Below, one piece after another: positions 9,861 through 20,486 of a DNA stretch of 64,000 bases (its first letter is position 1; the number at the start of each line of letters is the position of its first letter). Origin of the DNA: an uncultured Verrucomicrobiota bacterium (GTDB lineage Bacteria; Verrucomicrobiota; Verrucomicrobiia; Limisphaerales; AAA164-E04); NCBI GenBank assembly GCA_964342825.1, contig CAYFHO010000003.1, positions 42,971-106,970 of the forward strand. The letters are read 5' to 3'. The position numbers were made by a program, and so were the translations under genes. The notes beneath the pieces are model-generated. The model did not search any database. It was not told where the DNA came from and saw only the letters and a program-made list of their open reading frames with translations.

Positions 9861-11117
9861 TTAATTTTGAAATTTGAACAATTGCGATTCTGTTCGCACA
9901 TACATCGAGTCTTGATCAAAAGCAGGAGTGGTATGAGTTTTGGCGTCAAGGTCGACGCGATTGAGAATTTTAAATTCTTTACTGGCGGCTGCGACGACTA
10001 TTTCCCCGGTGGTTGAAACACAGATGATTTCGTTATCCACAGAAACCGGCGAACCGAAATACCTTCCACGAACACGTTCCTGATAGTGGATCTTTCCGGT
10101 CGATGGATCAACGCACGATAAAATACCACCGTCACTCCAGAAAAATGCCAAGTCGCCAACCGCGACGGGGGTTGGTACATAATTGGCTGAACGCCTGATT
10201 TCATAGGATAGCTTGGGTTTGTTTACTGATGGATCGTTCGGAGGTTCGATGGCCACAATATAATTTCCACCTCCCCCACTTCCGCAGGATCCAAAGACCT
10301 TACCTCCCGCAACGATAGGTGAACTGCAACTTCTTTTGTCGAATGCATCAGCATATGACCACAGTAATTTGCCGTTGTCGGGATCAAGTCCACTGATTCC
10401 ATCAGCTGCACTGTTGACGATCAGTTGTTCATGCCCATCTGGACCTTCATAAATACAGGGGGTGGAGTAAGCTGCCTTATCGCTTTGGCGCTGGGTTTTC
10501 CAGGCAATACTCCCACTAGCCTTGTCCAGGGCGATGATGAAACTTTTTCCCAACTGATCATTTGCAACAATCAATTTATCCTTAAACACAATCGGCGAGA
10601 CTCCCACACCATGCTGGCTTTTAAAGGGCCCCAGATCTTTCTTCCAAAGCCATTCTCCGGCATGATCCATAGCTGCAACAAAATAATGATCAGGAGTCGC
10701 CCAGCTCACATAAATCCGATCACCATCAACCACGGCAGAGGGAGAAGCAAAGCTGTTGAAATCATGTTTCCTGTATGTCTGATAAGGCACTTCCTTACTC
10801 CATGTGATGTTCCCGGTTGACGCGTTGACAGCGAGAACATGAAACTTGGAAGCTCCCTCATTCATACTGGTTAAATAAATCATGTCTTCCCAAATCACTG
10901 GAGAAGAATGTCCCTTACCAGGAAGATCCAACTTCCAAACAATGTCAGTCTTGTTTAGGGTGGAAGGTTTAACCGAAGATAGAGCACGGCCTGTTCCGTT
11001 TGGTCCACGAAACCTGCTCCAATGTTCAGCACCCAAACTGGTCAGGGTAGTGAGTATTAACAGACAAAGGAGAGGAGATATGTGGGCGAAAGACTTCTTC
11101 TCTAGCATAGGATTCAT
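9861..11117 (-). CDS. PQQ-like beta-propeller repeat protein, secreted
   Basis: Signal peptide, and repeated W/G-rich blades of about 40 aa (HSSPVIWEDMIYL, GDRIYVSWA, AGGKVFGSCG, and others). Confidence 0.65.
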   Translation of the reverse strand: MNPMLEKKSFAHISPLLCLLILTTLTSLGAEHWSRFRGPNGTGRALSSVKPSTLNKTDIVWKLDLPGKGHSSPVIWEDMIYLTSMNEGASKFHVLAVNASTGNITWSKEVPYQTYRKHDFNSFASPSAVVDGDRIYVSWATPDHYFVAAMDHAGEWLWKKDLGPFKSQHGVGVSPIVFKDKLIVANDQLGKSFIIALDKASGSIAWKTQRQSDKAAYSTPCIYEGPDGHEQLIVNSAADGISGLDPDNGKLLWSYADAFDKRSCSSPIVAGGKVFGSCGSGGGGNYIVAIEPPNDPSVNKPKLSYEIRRSANYVPTPVAVGDLAFFWSDGGILSCVDPSTGKIHYQERVRGRYFGSPVSVDNEIICVSTTGEIVVAAASKEFKILNRVDLDAKTHTTPAFDQDSMYVRTESQLFKFQN

Positions 11118-11212
11118 GAAGTCAATAGTCGCTTGCCAGAGCGGATAATCAAGGCAAAACCGAAGAAATCAAACCTTGTAAGGCAAAGTGAAACGAGTTG
11201 AAAAAACGAGAC

Positions 11213-11431
11213 TCAACGATGACAATATTCGCCCAATGCTTCCGTAAAAACGGCATCAGAAACAAGGTCCGGATCTAGGTTGTCGGCGGAGACTTCGCTT
11301 TCACTCACAGCGACAACCTCAACATCTTCATCAAGTTTTCCCTGCAACACCTCACAGAAATCATCCAAATCAAAATCTTCAGGCAAATCGCTTCCGCACA
11401 TGGCTGGTGTGACGTAAAATAGTTTTTTCAT
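11213..11431 (-). CDS. small acidic hypothetical protein
   Basis: 72-aa ORF rich in D/E, lying between well-supported genes. No recognisable motif. Confidence 0.35.
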   Translation of the reverse strand: MKKLFYVTPAMCGSDLPEDFDLDDFCEVLQGKLDEDVEVVAVSESEVSADNLDPDLVSDAVFTEALGEYCHR

Positions 11432-11486
11432 GATCCAATCAGGTATGAATAATATTCAAATTGATCCCGGGAAAACCGTTCATCAT

Positions 11487-11535
11487 AGAAAAACAAACAG
11501 CCCCGGATTCACCTGAACGGTAACGCTCCGGGGCT
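11487..11535 (-). terminator. intrinsic terminator after the SPFH gene
   Basis: 8-bp stem AGCCCCGG/CCGGGGCT (11499-11506 and 11528-11535) with a 21-nt loop. On the minus strand it is followed by a T-rich tract (GTTTGTTTTTC). Confidence 0.4.
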
Positions 11536-11560
11536 TGAATAACAACCTCGAGAATCCAAA

Positions 11561-12454
11561 TTATGAAGAATGCTCCTCGGGGGGTGTATCGATCTCTCCC
11601 AACTGCGTGTTCACCTGTTCTCCGGCAATCATCGCGTTACGGATTTGCCCAGCCAGATCATTCATGTGTCCGGGGGAATGAGGAATCATGATGGTGTTTG
11701 TGCGGGATTGATGACCGAGGTCTTTCAGGGTATCAAAGTACTGAGTCATCAACACCATGTTCATGACATCGGATGCACTGGCGGAGCGAATGGTTTTTTG
11801 AAACTCATCCACTGATTCCCGCAAACCTTCGACAATGGCCCGCCTTTGATCTGCGATCCCCTTTCCTGATAATGCCTTGCTTTCAGCCTCAGCTTCGGCG
11901 GATTTGACCATCAATATTTTCTCTGCTTCTCCTTTTTCGGTGGCAGCAACCCGTAGTCGTGTGGCCGCGTTGATTTCATTCATAGCAGCTTTAACCTTGG
12001 CATCTGGATCAATGTCGGTCACAAGAGCCTTTAAAATACCATAACCAAAATCATCCATGACCTGTTGCAGCTCACTTTTCACAACGTCTGCAATTTCATC
12101 TTTCTTTTCAAAAACATCATCCAGTCGGATACGAGGCACTCGAGCACGCACCACATCAAACACGAAGGATTTGATCTGACGTTCGGGATTTTCAAGTCGA
12201 TAGAATGCTTCATAAATTTTTTCGGGAAGCACGTAAAACTGAACCGAAACCAAAACTTTAACAAAGACATTGTCCTCTGTCTTAGTTTCGACCTCTACGT
12301 CCAACTGCCTGACACGCAAATTGACATGCCCGGCTACTCGCTCAAGAAATGGAATAAGGATGTTCAGTCCAGGATTAGCGATGCGCGTAAATTTACCAAA
12401 ACGGGTGATGACACCAGCTGTTTGTTGCTTGACGGTAAAGAATGGTACGACCAT
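11561..12454 (-). CDS. SPFH/band-7 (stomatin/HflC-like) domain protein
   Basis: N-terminus VKQQTAGVITRFGKF..., the RVRQLDV...T.DNV pattern, and a coiled Ala/Glu-rich C-terminal part. Confidence 0.8.
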   Translation of the reverse strand: MVVPFFTVKQQTAGVITRFGKFTRIANPGLNILIPFLERVAGHVNLRVRQLDVEVETKTEDNVFVKVLVSVQFYVLPEKIYEAFYRLENPERQIKSFVFDVVRARVPRIRLDDVFEKKDEIADVVKSELQQVMDDFGYGILKALVTDIDPDAKVKAAMNEINAATRLRVAATEKGEAEKILMVKSAEAEAESKALSGKGIADQRRAIVEGLRESVDEFQKTIRSASASDVMNMVLMTQYFDTLKDLGHQSRTNTIMIPHSPGHMNDLAGQIRNAMIAGEQVNTQLGEIDTPPEEHSS

Positions 12455-12633
12455 GAGTTCACTTTCTGTTAAGGGTTATAAGTCAATATTGGGGCAAAGA
12501 TGAATAACCGCAATTACAAACAGAAAGCGCGAATAGAACCGCAACAATCTACCTTGCTGGACAGCAACTAGGGAAAAACGATCGCGGTTTATTAGAAAGT
12601 GAACGAACGGAGGAACTAGTTCGAGGAAAGCCA

Positions 12634-13401
12634 TCAAGGACTCGAGGAAACGGCAGTGTTATCAAATTCCAAAACGGAAGTCGATTTATCACGCAAGTTA
12701 CGGATTTTTAATTCCTTGAGGTACCACTGCCCTTCTATCTTCTCTACACCATTCACTTCGAATATCTTGATCTTTCGATCTTCAATATCAAAGGCTTCAG
12801 CATAGACCACCCCACCATGCTCTACCGAAATCCAGGAGCGAACTTTGTAATACCCCAATCCGGAACGTGAAGGTCGTGAACTCTCGAGCAATTTACAGCC
12901 GACACCCTTACGACGTGTGATTTTGGATTCAAAAAGTCGTTGGTCTGGCCAGTGTAAAAAATCCAATCCTAAATCAGCTGCCCAAAAATCACTTTCCCCC
13001 AGCGGACTCATGGTCTGTTCAGAATCCAAAACCTTGAAAGCAGTTTCATCAACTGGCAATTGATCCGACAGCGCCAATCTGTATCGGGGAGGTTGGTTTG
13101 CAGGATGATCGATCCAAAGCCATTCGCTATTGTTTGTACCGTCATTTTCGATTTCGAACAAATCTCTCCAACCTGCATCAAAGGTTTGAGTATGCTTTTT
13201 CACCAAATGTTCCATCCGAGATCCATCCCGCTTTCTGACTTTTAGAGTTGCCTGGATGGAACCCGGAATCCCCATCTGGATGGAGCGGAGCTGTTCGGCC
13301 AATACCTGCCCCTCACGGATAGGATCTGCCTGAATACTTCCCAATATTAAAGTGATCCCCAAAATAAACACACTGCACAAGTTTGAGTTTCTCTTCTTCA
13401 T
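12634..13401 (-). CDS. LolA-like outer-membrane lipoprotein-sorting family protein
   Basis: Signal peptide, and a length and beta-rich pattern like the LolA_like family (ESDFWAADLGLDFL). Tentative. Confidence 0.45.
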   Translation of the reverse strand: MKKRNSNLCSVFILGITLILGSIQADPIREGQVLAEQLRSIQMGIPGSIQATLKVRKRDGSRMEHLVKKHTQTFDAGWRDLFEIENDGTNNSEWLWIDHPANQPPRYRLALSDQLPVDETAFKVLDSEQTMSPLGESDFWAADLGLDFLHWPDQRLFESKITRRKGVGCKLLESSRPSRSGLGYYKVRSWISVEHGGVVYAEAFDIEDRKIKIFEVNGVEKIEGQWYLKELKIRNLRDKSTSVLEFDNTAVSSSP

Positions 13402-13429
13402 AATGGGCCTTAAGATATTTCACGAAAGA

Positions 13430-15850
13430 TCAACTTCGCTGTGATCTTGCTGATGTTCCGAACAAGGTCGGCAACATCTCTTCGACGTGACGCACCCAAT
13501 GGATGTTCAATTTCTTTTGAACTTCGGGCGGAGCTTCGATCCAATCCTTTTTGTTGGCTTCAGGAAGGATGACCTGTTTGATTCCACTTCGTGCAGCGGC
13601 CAAAAGCTTCTCTTTGATGCCACCCACAGGCAAGACTCTGCCTCTCAGGCTAATTTCACCTGTCATGGCCACTTTTGAAGAAATCAATTTTTTGCTGAAC
13701 AAAGAGGCAAGGGCGGCAAAAATGGCGATTCCGGCGCTGGGACCATCTTTAGGAGTGGCTCCGGCAGGAACATGAATGTGGATGTCTTGATCTTCCATGA
13801 TAGGAAGCGAGAAACCCATTGCGTCGGCTTGACTTCTCAGATGTGTCAAAGCGGCCTGCGCACTCTCTTTCATGACGTCGCCAAGCGATCCTGTAAGCAT
13901 TAGCTTTCCTTTGCCTGGCAGAGAGCTTGCCTCGACGAACAAAATCTCTCCACCGGTTGGAGTCCACCCAAGCCCAACGGCAATTCCGCAATCTTCAATG
14001 ATTTCGTGGTCAGGAGCAGGATGTTTGGGTTGCCCCAATTGTTTATGAATCCATGCTTCTGAAATCTCCGTGGTCCCATTGTGGTCCATTTGTTCAAGCT
14101 GCTCCCTTGCCGCTTTGCGCAAGGTCGAAGCAATCGTCCTTTCCAACTGCCGGACCCCTGCCTCACGTGTATACAATTCCACCAACACACGAATGCTGCT
14201 TGATGGAAGCTTTACCTGACGCGCTTTAAGGCCGTGGTCCTTGAGTAATCTGGGGATCAAGTGACGTCGTGCGATTTTGATTTTTTCGGCTGTGGTATAA
14301 CTGGGTAGTTCGATCACTTCCAGTCGATCTCTCAATGCAGGTTGCACCGGATCAAGCCAATTGGCGGTTGTGATAAACAGGATTTCGCTGAGATCAAAAG
14401 GAAGCTCAAGGTAATGGTCGCTGAAATGCTTGTTTTGCTGGGGGTCCAACACTTCAAGGAGGGCAGAAGCCGGATCCCCCCTGAAGTCAGAACCTAATTT
14501 GTCTATTTCATCCAGCAAGATCACCGGATTCTTGACCTTTAATCGTTTTAGCGTTTGCAGAATGCGTCCGGGCATCGATCCAACGTAGGTTCGCCGGTGC
14601 CCACGAATTTCCCCTTCATCCCTGACACCTCCGAGTGAGATCCGAGCAAAAGGTCTCCCCAAGGATTCAGCAATACTGCGCCCCAACGAAGTTTTCCCCA
14701 CTCCGGGAGGACCGACCAGGCAAAGGATGGGTCCGGGGAGAGGGTTCTGGAATTTCATGACCGCCAAATGTTCTAACAATCGGTCCTTAACATGAGTAAG
14801 GCCAAAATGCTCAGCATCTAAAATTCTGGATGCCTCCTCCAGATCCAGTTGATCTTTAACCTTATTGCTCCAAGGCAAAGCCGCCAACCACTCAACGTAA
14901 TTCCTGGCCACAGTGTATTCCGGAAGGGAGGTAGGAATGGATTTCAATCGATCCAATTCTTTAAGTGCCGTTCCGTGCGTTTCAGGGGGCATGCCGCTCT
15001 CATCAATCAGCGCTTTGAGTGCGGTCATTTCCCGACCAGCAGGATCATCCTCGCCTAATTCACGCTGAATGACTCGAAGCTGCTCACGAAGGTAGTAATT
15101 CCGCTGACTCTTGGAGACAGAAGCTGTCACTTCTTTCTGAATGCGGGCACCTATGGACTGAAGTTCAAGTTCGTGCTTTAAAAGAGGCAACAATACCTTC
15201 AGTCGCTCAGTGACTATATGAGAACTTAAAAGTCTTTGATGGTCCTCGAGCCCAAGGTTCAAATTGGCACCGATCAGGTCAGAAAGTTTTTCAGGATCGT
15301 CTGTGTTCAGGTTGGTAGATTTGACCTGATCTGTCAGCGTGGGTGATTTCTGTAGAATTTCCTCGAAAAGTTTCTTAGCCGAACGAGCGAGAGCTTTGGC
15401 TTCCACGCTTGCTTCTGACGGCTCATGCAAATATTCAACATTCGCCAACAAATAAGGATTCGTCTGTTTGAAGTCACGCAATCGAATACGCTTTAAACCT
15501 TCGATTAAGATCCTGACCGATTCGTTGGATTGTTTCACCATTTTCTGCACACGAGCCAAGCATCCATAGGGGTGCAGGTCTTTTGGCCCGGGCTCCTCAA
15601 TTTCCGGAGATGTTTGAAGTACCAGCCCAATAAGTCGATTTCCTGAAACAACATCATCTACCAAACTGGAACTGGGAGCTGACTCAATCAACAGAGGGGC
15701 TACCATGCCTGGGAAAATGACAATATCCGAAAGCCCGAGTATGGGAAGTTGATCTGGTAACGCAGCGGGAGGGTGGTCTTCAGAGGCTTCCATGGATTTG
15801 GTGGAAGCCTTGATCTTGAGTATGTCTATGATGTCCTGGTCCAAATGCAT
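13430..15850 (-). CDS. lon: ATP-dependent Lon protease
   Basis: 806 aa. Walker A GPPGVGKTS, the segment RGHRRTYVGSMPGRI, and the catalytic Ser motif PKDGPSAGIA. Confidence 0.95.
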   Translation of the reverse strand: MHLDQDIIDILKIKASTKSMEASEDHPPAALPDQLPILGLSDIVIFPGMVAPLLIESAPSSSLVDDVVSGNRLIGLVLQTSPEIEEPGPKDLHPYGCLARVQKMVKQSNESVRILIEGLKRIRLRDFKQTNPYLLANVEYLHEPSEASVEAKALARSAKKLFEEILQKSPTLTDQVKSTNLNTDDPEKLSDLIGANLNLGLEDHQRLLSSHIVTERLKVLLPLLKHELELQSIGARIQKEVTASVSKSQRNYYLREQLRVIQRELGEDDPAGREMTALKALIDESGMPPETHGTALKELDRLKSIPTSLPEYTVARNYVEWLAALPWSNKVKDQLDLEEASRILDAEHFGLTHVKDRLLEHLAVMKFQNPLPGPILCLVGPPGVGKTSLGRSIAESLGRPFARISLGGVRDEGEIRGHRRTYVGSMPGRILQTLKRLKVKNPVILLDEIDKLGSDFRGDPASALLEVLDPQQNKHFSDHYLELPFDLSEILFITTANWLDPVQPALRDRLEVIELPSYTTAEKIKIARRHLIPRLLKDHGLKARQVKLPSSSIRVLVELYTREAGVRQLERTIASTLRKAAREQLEQMDHNGTTEISEAWIHKQLGQPKHPAPDHEIIEDCGIAVGLGWTPTGGEILFVEASSLPGKGKLMLTGSLGDVMKESAQAALTHLRSQADAMGFSLPIMEDQDIHIHVPAGATPKDGPSAGIAIFAALASLFSKKLISSKVAMTGEISLRGRVLPVGGIKEKLLAAARSGIKQVILPEANKKDWIEAPPEVQKKLNIHWVRHVEEMLPTLFGTSARSQRS

Positions 15851-16005
15851 GCCGTTTGGGGGCAGGAAGAAATTGGTACGACGACTCCCTCGCCTATCGT
15901 GCTGAGAACCTATCCATTATAGCTTAGCTTGACGAGTGAAAAGTCGAGATTTCGTATTTATTCGAGGCGAAAGAAAATTCAGATCAATTTTTTCCAAGTC
16001 AGGCT

Positions 16006-16032
16006 TTGCACAACGCCCTTGAACCGTATAAT
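16006..16032 (+). promoter_or_regulatory. possible sigma-70 promoter of the DAHP synthase gene
   Basis: TTGCAC (16006-16011), a 15-nt spacer, then a perfect TATAAT (16027-16032), 20 nt before ATG 16052. The spacer is shorter than optimal. Confidence 0.3.
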
Positions 16033-16051
16033 GCCTCACCACTAAAACAGT

Positions 16052-17113
16052 ATGATACAGGATACAGACGATTTAAGGATACAGTCGCTTCACCCGTTGC
16101 TTTCGCCCGCCATCTTACAGGAGGAGATACCCCTCTCAGAAAAAGCATCTGTGGTAGTTTCAAACGCGCGTCTCGAGGCTGAGCAGATTATTCGCGGTCA
16201 AAATGATCGCCTGCTGGTCATTACCGGACCTTGCTCCATCCATGACACCAAGGCAGCAATGGAATATGCAGAGAAACTCAAAGCAACATGTGAGCAGTTT
16301 AAGGAAGATCTTTGCATTTTGATGCGTGTTTATTTTGAGAAGCCTAGAACAACCGTCGGTTGGAAGGGTTTGATCAATGATCCAAATATCGACAACAGCT
16401 TTAAGATCAACCAGGGATTACGACAAGCTAGGCAATTGCTTCAGAACCTGGCCGACATGGAAATCCCTGCGGCAACCGAATTTCTCGACACCATCGTTCC
16501 CCAATTCATTGCTGACTTGATCGCATGGGGAGCTATCGGAGCCCGCACAACGGAAAGTCAGGTTCATCGTGAACTTGCTTCAGGCCTGTCCATGCCTGTG
16601 GGATTTAAGAATGGAACAGATGGAAACGTACAAATTGCAATTGATGCAGTCAGTGCTTCCAGACAGCCTCACCATTTCCTTTCAGTCACCAAACAGGGAA
16701 TTGCCGCTATTGTTCAGACAAAAGGCAATGATAGCTGCCACCTGATATTGCGTGGCTCCAAAGCTGGCCCCAACTACGATAAAGACAGTATCCAGAAGGT
16801 CTGTGACGCACTCCAAAAACGTCAGTTGCACCAGGCAGTCATGGTCGATTGCAGCCATGGAAATTCGGCAAAAGACCATCGCAAACAACCTGAAGTTGCA
16901 GAATCCGTTGCGGAACAGATCGCCAATGGGTCGACGCAGATCTCAGGAGTCATGCTCGAAAGTCATCTGGTCGAAGGGAATCAATCCTACAAACCCGATG
17001 GTAGCTCCGTTTATGGAAAAAGCATTACGGATGCGTGTATGTCTTGGGATCAAACACTGCCTGTGCTGGAAAAACTGGCTTCGGCGGTGAGCAAGCGACG
17101 TCATTCCAGTTAG
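16052..17113 (+). CDS. aroG: 3-deoxy-7-phosphoheptulonate (DAHP) synthase, class I
   Basis: 353 aa. Motifs: LLVITGPCSIHD, YFEKPRTTVGWKGLINDP, GARTTESQVHRELASG. Which isozyme (F/G/H) it is cannot be resolved. Confidence 0.85.
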   Translation: MIQDTDDLRIQSLHPLLSPAILQEEIPLSEKASVVVSNARLEAEQIIRGQNDRLLVITGPCSIHDTKAAMEYAEKLKATCEQFKEDLCILMRVYFEKPRTTVGWKGLINDPNIDNSFKINQGLRQARQLLQNLADMEIPAATEFLDTIVPQFIADLIAWGAIGARTTESQVHRELASGLSMPVGFKNGTDGNVQIAIDAVSASRQPHHFLSVTKQGIAAIVQTKGNDSCHLILRGSKAGPNYDKDSIQKVCDALQKRQLHQAVMVDCSHGNSAKDHRKQPEVAESVAEQIANGSTQISGVMLESHLVEGNQSYKPDGSSVYGKSITDACMSWDQTLPVLEKLASAVSKRRHSS

Positions 17114-17715
17114 TCCACTTTAAATTCCTCGATTTTCGCAAATCCATTAGCACCTAGTCGTGCTAATGGATTAATAGCATTGGATGATATTTCGGGCACG
17201 CGTGAGGCATTCGTACCAGTGATAATATCTTCGGCAAGATAAACCTTGTAGATTTCCCCAAGAATCAACGCCTGTGGCCCAACACCTAGGGGAACAATGT
17301 CATACTTTTTGCAATAATAAGCAATGGGAGCTGTGGCCAATCTAGGTAAAGGTAATCCATCAAAATCAGCCAAATCCAATCCGCATTGATCTATTTCCGA
17401 TTCGCCTTGAGGCAATGATTCTGCAGATTGAAGCACATGATGCACATGGTGGACTCGTGGTATATGCACTACAAAATGGGAGCGAAGTTCAATATTGAGC
17501 CAAGTATCTTTTTTAAAACCATCCTTTTTGTGACCTACTGAAATCGACAAAATCGGAGGTTCACTGCAAACAGCATTAAAATAAGAAAAGGGGGCCAAGT
17601 TGTATTTTCCATTCTCATGCTCACTTAATACCCACGCAACAGGGCGAGGAATAATCGTCTGCGTCATGGTGTGATAAACCTGGCTTTTTGAAAACTGCTG
17701 AAAATCGATAATCAC
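17110..17715 (-). CDS. flavin reductase-like (FMN-binding split-barrel) protein
   Basis: 201 aa. PRPVAWVLS...NLAPFSYFN is typical of the flavin reductase domain. Confidence 0.65.
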   Translation of the reverse strand: MIIDFQQFSKSQVYHTMTQTIIPRPVAWVLSEHENGKYNLAPFSYFNAVCSEPPILSISVGHKKDGFKKDTWLNIELRSHFVVHIPRVHHVHHVLQSAESLPQGESEIDQCGLDLADFDGLPLPRLATAPIAYYCKKYDIVPLGVGPQALILGEIYKVYLAEDIITGTNASRVPEISSNAINPLARLGANGFAKIEEFKVD

Positions 17716-17747
17716 TGGTGAAATGCAATCTGAGTTTATCCTGAAAC

Positions 17748-17781
17748 ATAAAAAAAGCCCTCTGGAAAATCCAAAGGGCTT
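17748..17781 (-). terminator. intrinsic terminator after the 17801-18610 gene
   Basis: 7-bp stem AAGCCCT/AGGGCTT (17755-17761 and 17775-17781). The A-run at 17748-17756 becomes a T-run after the hairpin on the minus strand. Confidence 0.5.
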
Positions 17782-17800
17782 ACAAAATTAAGGAACAATC

Positions 17801-18610
17801 TTAGTTGAGTCCTGGAGGGCCATCAGGACCACCGCCTGGGCCACCAGGTCCATGACCACCGTCCGGATGATCACCACCGCCTTGTTGTGCATCACCCAAT
17901 GGAGGTGAAATGAAAAAGTTGAAAGGGCGTGTGACCAACTGGGTTGTAGGAGGAGTTCCGCCAGTGGGTGGTCCAAGTCTGTTGATAAGATCGGCAAGAA
18001 TTGTAGGCGGAATTGGAATGATTCCACCAGTGGTTGGGTTGAACTGATTGCCCCCGCCAATGCGAACGCTACGGACGACACCATCACGGGTGTAAACGTA
18101 TACGCCATATCCAGCTAAAATTGCAATCTCATCAGGTGTGCAAATGTGGTAGCTGGTGGTTTCATCGCCAGCGTCAATACCGACTACACCCGTTGGAACT
18201 TTGATTTCAAACTTGGAGAGAGCGGAGGAAAATTTTTCGACCTCACCAAGAACACAGCCTTCGCGAAGATCAAGTTGAGTGTCGGTGACTGTTCCAGCAC
18301 CCGTCTTTTCATAACTCAACCGGTCGACCACCACAATGGTGTCTGACTGCACGGTAATAGTGCCGGCTTTGTTACTCAATTTGAATGTCACCTCGCCACC
18401 CTCACCGGTTGTAACAACGGTGCCAGGGCCAATTTTTGTGCCCTTTGTCAGAGTCGCCGCTCCACTGCCATTATCAAATGTGGCCCCACCCTCAACTGAG
18501 GTTACGGTAGCACTACCTGTAGCTGCGTGCGTTGACGCGTAAAATCCCAAAGTGAGCAGCGCAACCGCTGTCAGAAGGAGTTTCGATTGGATACCAGTCT
18601 TGTTCATCAT
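17801..18610 (-). CDS. secreted FecR-domain-like protein with a Gly/Pro-rich tail
   Basis: Signal peptide. VTSVEGGATFDNG...GTKIGPGTVVTTGEGGEVTF has a FecR-like pattern. The C-terminus is GGGDHPDGGHGPGGPGGGPDGPPG. Confidence 0.5.
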   Translation of the reverse strand: MMNKTGIQSKLLLTAVALLTLGFYASTHAATGSATVTSVEGGATFDNGSGAATLTKGTKIGPGTVVTTGEGGEVTFKLSNKAGTITVQSDTIVVVDRLSYEKTGAGTVTDTQLDLREGCVLGEVEKFSSALSKFEIKVPTGVVGIDAGDETTSYHICTPDEIAILAGYGVYVYTRDGVVRSVRIGGGNQFNPTTGGIIPIPPTILADLINRLGPPTGGTPPTTQLVTRPFNFFISPPLGDAQQGGGDHPDGGHGPGGPGGGPDGPPGLN

Positions 18611-19209
18611 ATATGCTCCTACAATGATCGATGTGAATTCGATTTCACACCAGCTTGCAAATCATTTTAATTTTGTCAATCAGATTCCACACAGAACCTC
18701 CTTTTAAGGAGAGGACTGAGATGGAGTTTTTTACTGCGAGACAGAAACTAACGCAGATCAAGGGGATGATCAAGGATGGAATTAAGAAATAATCCTGCAG
18801 CCCACACATAGGAGACCTGGCCTAAACAGCATCGCCACAGATTTATCAAGCTGGCTGATTACAGAGAAGATTTTGATGGAGATCTGAACCACAATCATTG
18901 GTTCGTAAAAATGGCCAACATTCAAAAAAGCCACACATGCCAAAATCGAAAAAAAGAAATCTACAAGAAAAAAAGCATCTCCAAAAATCCAGTTAGGGAG
19001 AGAAAAAGTACAGCTCAAGGAGCGGTAAACACTTCGTAATAAACACTAAAACACAAACAAAACCTGCAACACAGATCTGAAATGGTGAGTTGAAATAATC
19101 GTAAAAAAAAGTTGTCACTTCTGAGAAATTGTAACAAACTATTCCAAATGCGGTCATCGGCCCTTTCTGGATCGGTGGCCTAGTTTGTTAAAAAATTAGA
19201 GGAACTGAT

Positions 19210-20379
19210 ATGAAATTTAACAAATGGACAGTCGCACTGGCAGCCGCAGGGTTAGTCAGTTTTGGACACAATACGCAAGCGGAAGAAGCCGGCAATGCCG
19301 TGATGACCGCTCTCTCGAAAACCACCCTCAGCGGTTATGTTGACACCTCGGTGTCTTGGTCTGACACAAGTGCAGCCGTACCTCTATGGGGTCGTGTTGC
19401 CTATCAGAACACCGCAAAGATGGACGGATTCAATCTGGACGTCATCGGGTTGACCCTGGAACAGCCACTGGATGAAAGTGACTGGGCCGCTGGTTACCAC
19501 GTTGATCTCTTGATCGGTCCTGATGCTAGCTGGTACTCTGGCATTTCTCCAATCGCAACAGCTGGTGCAGCAAATGATACCATTGGTATCAAGCAAGCCT
19601 ACGTTGCTACCCGTGCTCCTATCGGAAACGGACTGGACCTCAAATTGGGTGTTTACGACGCAATCATCGGATACGAAGTATTCACCAATGGAGCCAACCC
19701 TAACTACAGCCGCTCCATGGCTTACAACTTGGAACCATTCTCCCACACTGGAGCATTGGCTTCCTACCAGGTCAACGAAATGATCGGATTGAGCGCTGGT
19801 ATTGCAAACACCTCCCGCTCAGTACTCAATGATCGCCCTGGCACACTGGGCGCCAGCTCATCACACTTCTCCTACATGGCAGCGATCGCAATCGTTGCAC
19901 CTGAAAGTGCTGGAGTTTTGAGCGGAGCAACCTTGTATGCCGGTTTCCTCGATGGTCTCGCAGGAAACACAAGCACCCAGCCTGACACCGTTAACTACTA
20001 CGTCGGTGCGGCACTTCCAACCCCTGTTGAAGGTTTGGCCTTGGGTCTTGCATACGATCGTGTTGAAGACGCACCAGCTGGTGTTGCAGGTATCGACGCT
20101 GACGTGATCGGTGCTTATGCCTCTTACCAGGCTACCGATAAACTGGCTGTTCATGGACGTATCGAATACCTCAGCGGTGACGCAGGTGTTCTTGGCTACG
20201 GCGGTGTAGACGACGAAGAATTGCTCGGTTTGACCGCTACATTGGATTACAGCCTCTGGGACAATGTCATCACCCGTCTGGAAGGTCGCTGGGACCAACA
20301 GTTGGATGACAATCCTGACGCTTATGGCAGCGGTGATGATGTATTCACCCTGACCTTGAATGCGATCTACAACTTCTAA
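19210..20379 (+). CDS. outer-membrane beta-barrel porin-like protein
   Basis: Signal peptide ending AEE, alternating amphipathic beta-strand pattern, and a C-terminal aromatic residue (YNF) typical of outer-membrane proteins. Confidence 0.6.
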   Translation: MKFNKWTVALAAAGLVSFGHNTQAEEAGNAVMTALSKTTLSGYVDTSVSWSDTSAAVPLWGRVAYQNTAKMDGFNLDVIGLTLEQPLDESDWAAGYHVDLLIGPDASWYSGISPIATAGAANDTIGIKQAYVATRAPIGNGLDLKLGVYDAIIGYEVFTNGANPNYSRSMAYNLEPFSHTGALASYQVNEMIGLSAGIANTSRSVLNDRPGTLGASSSHFSYMAAIAIVAPESAGVLSGATLYAGFLDGLAGNTSTQPDTVNYYVGAALPTPVEGLALGLAYDRVEDAPAGVAGIDADVIGAYASYQATDKLAVHGRIEYLSGDAGVLGYGGVDDEELLGLTATLDYSLWDNVITRLEGRWDQQLDDNPDAYGSGDDVFTLTLNAIYNF

Positions 20380-20405
20380 TCTTATCGATTAAGAAACCTT
20401 TACTT

Positions 20406-20438
20406 GGCCCCGTGAACATAAGTTCGCGGGGCTTTTTT
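20406..20438 (+). terminator. intrinsic terminator after the porin gene
   Basis: Stem of about 8 bp (GCCCCGTG/CGCGGGGC, including one G-U pair), a 10-nt loop, then TTTTTT (20433-20438). Confidence 0.6.
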
Positions 20439-20486
20439 GTGCGCACCCTTGTATCGCCGATGGAGGGTGATATATTGCTGTTGTCT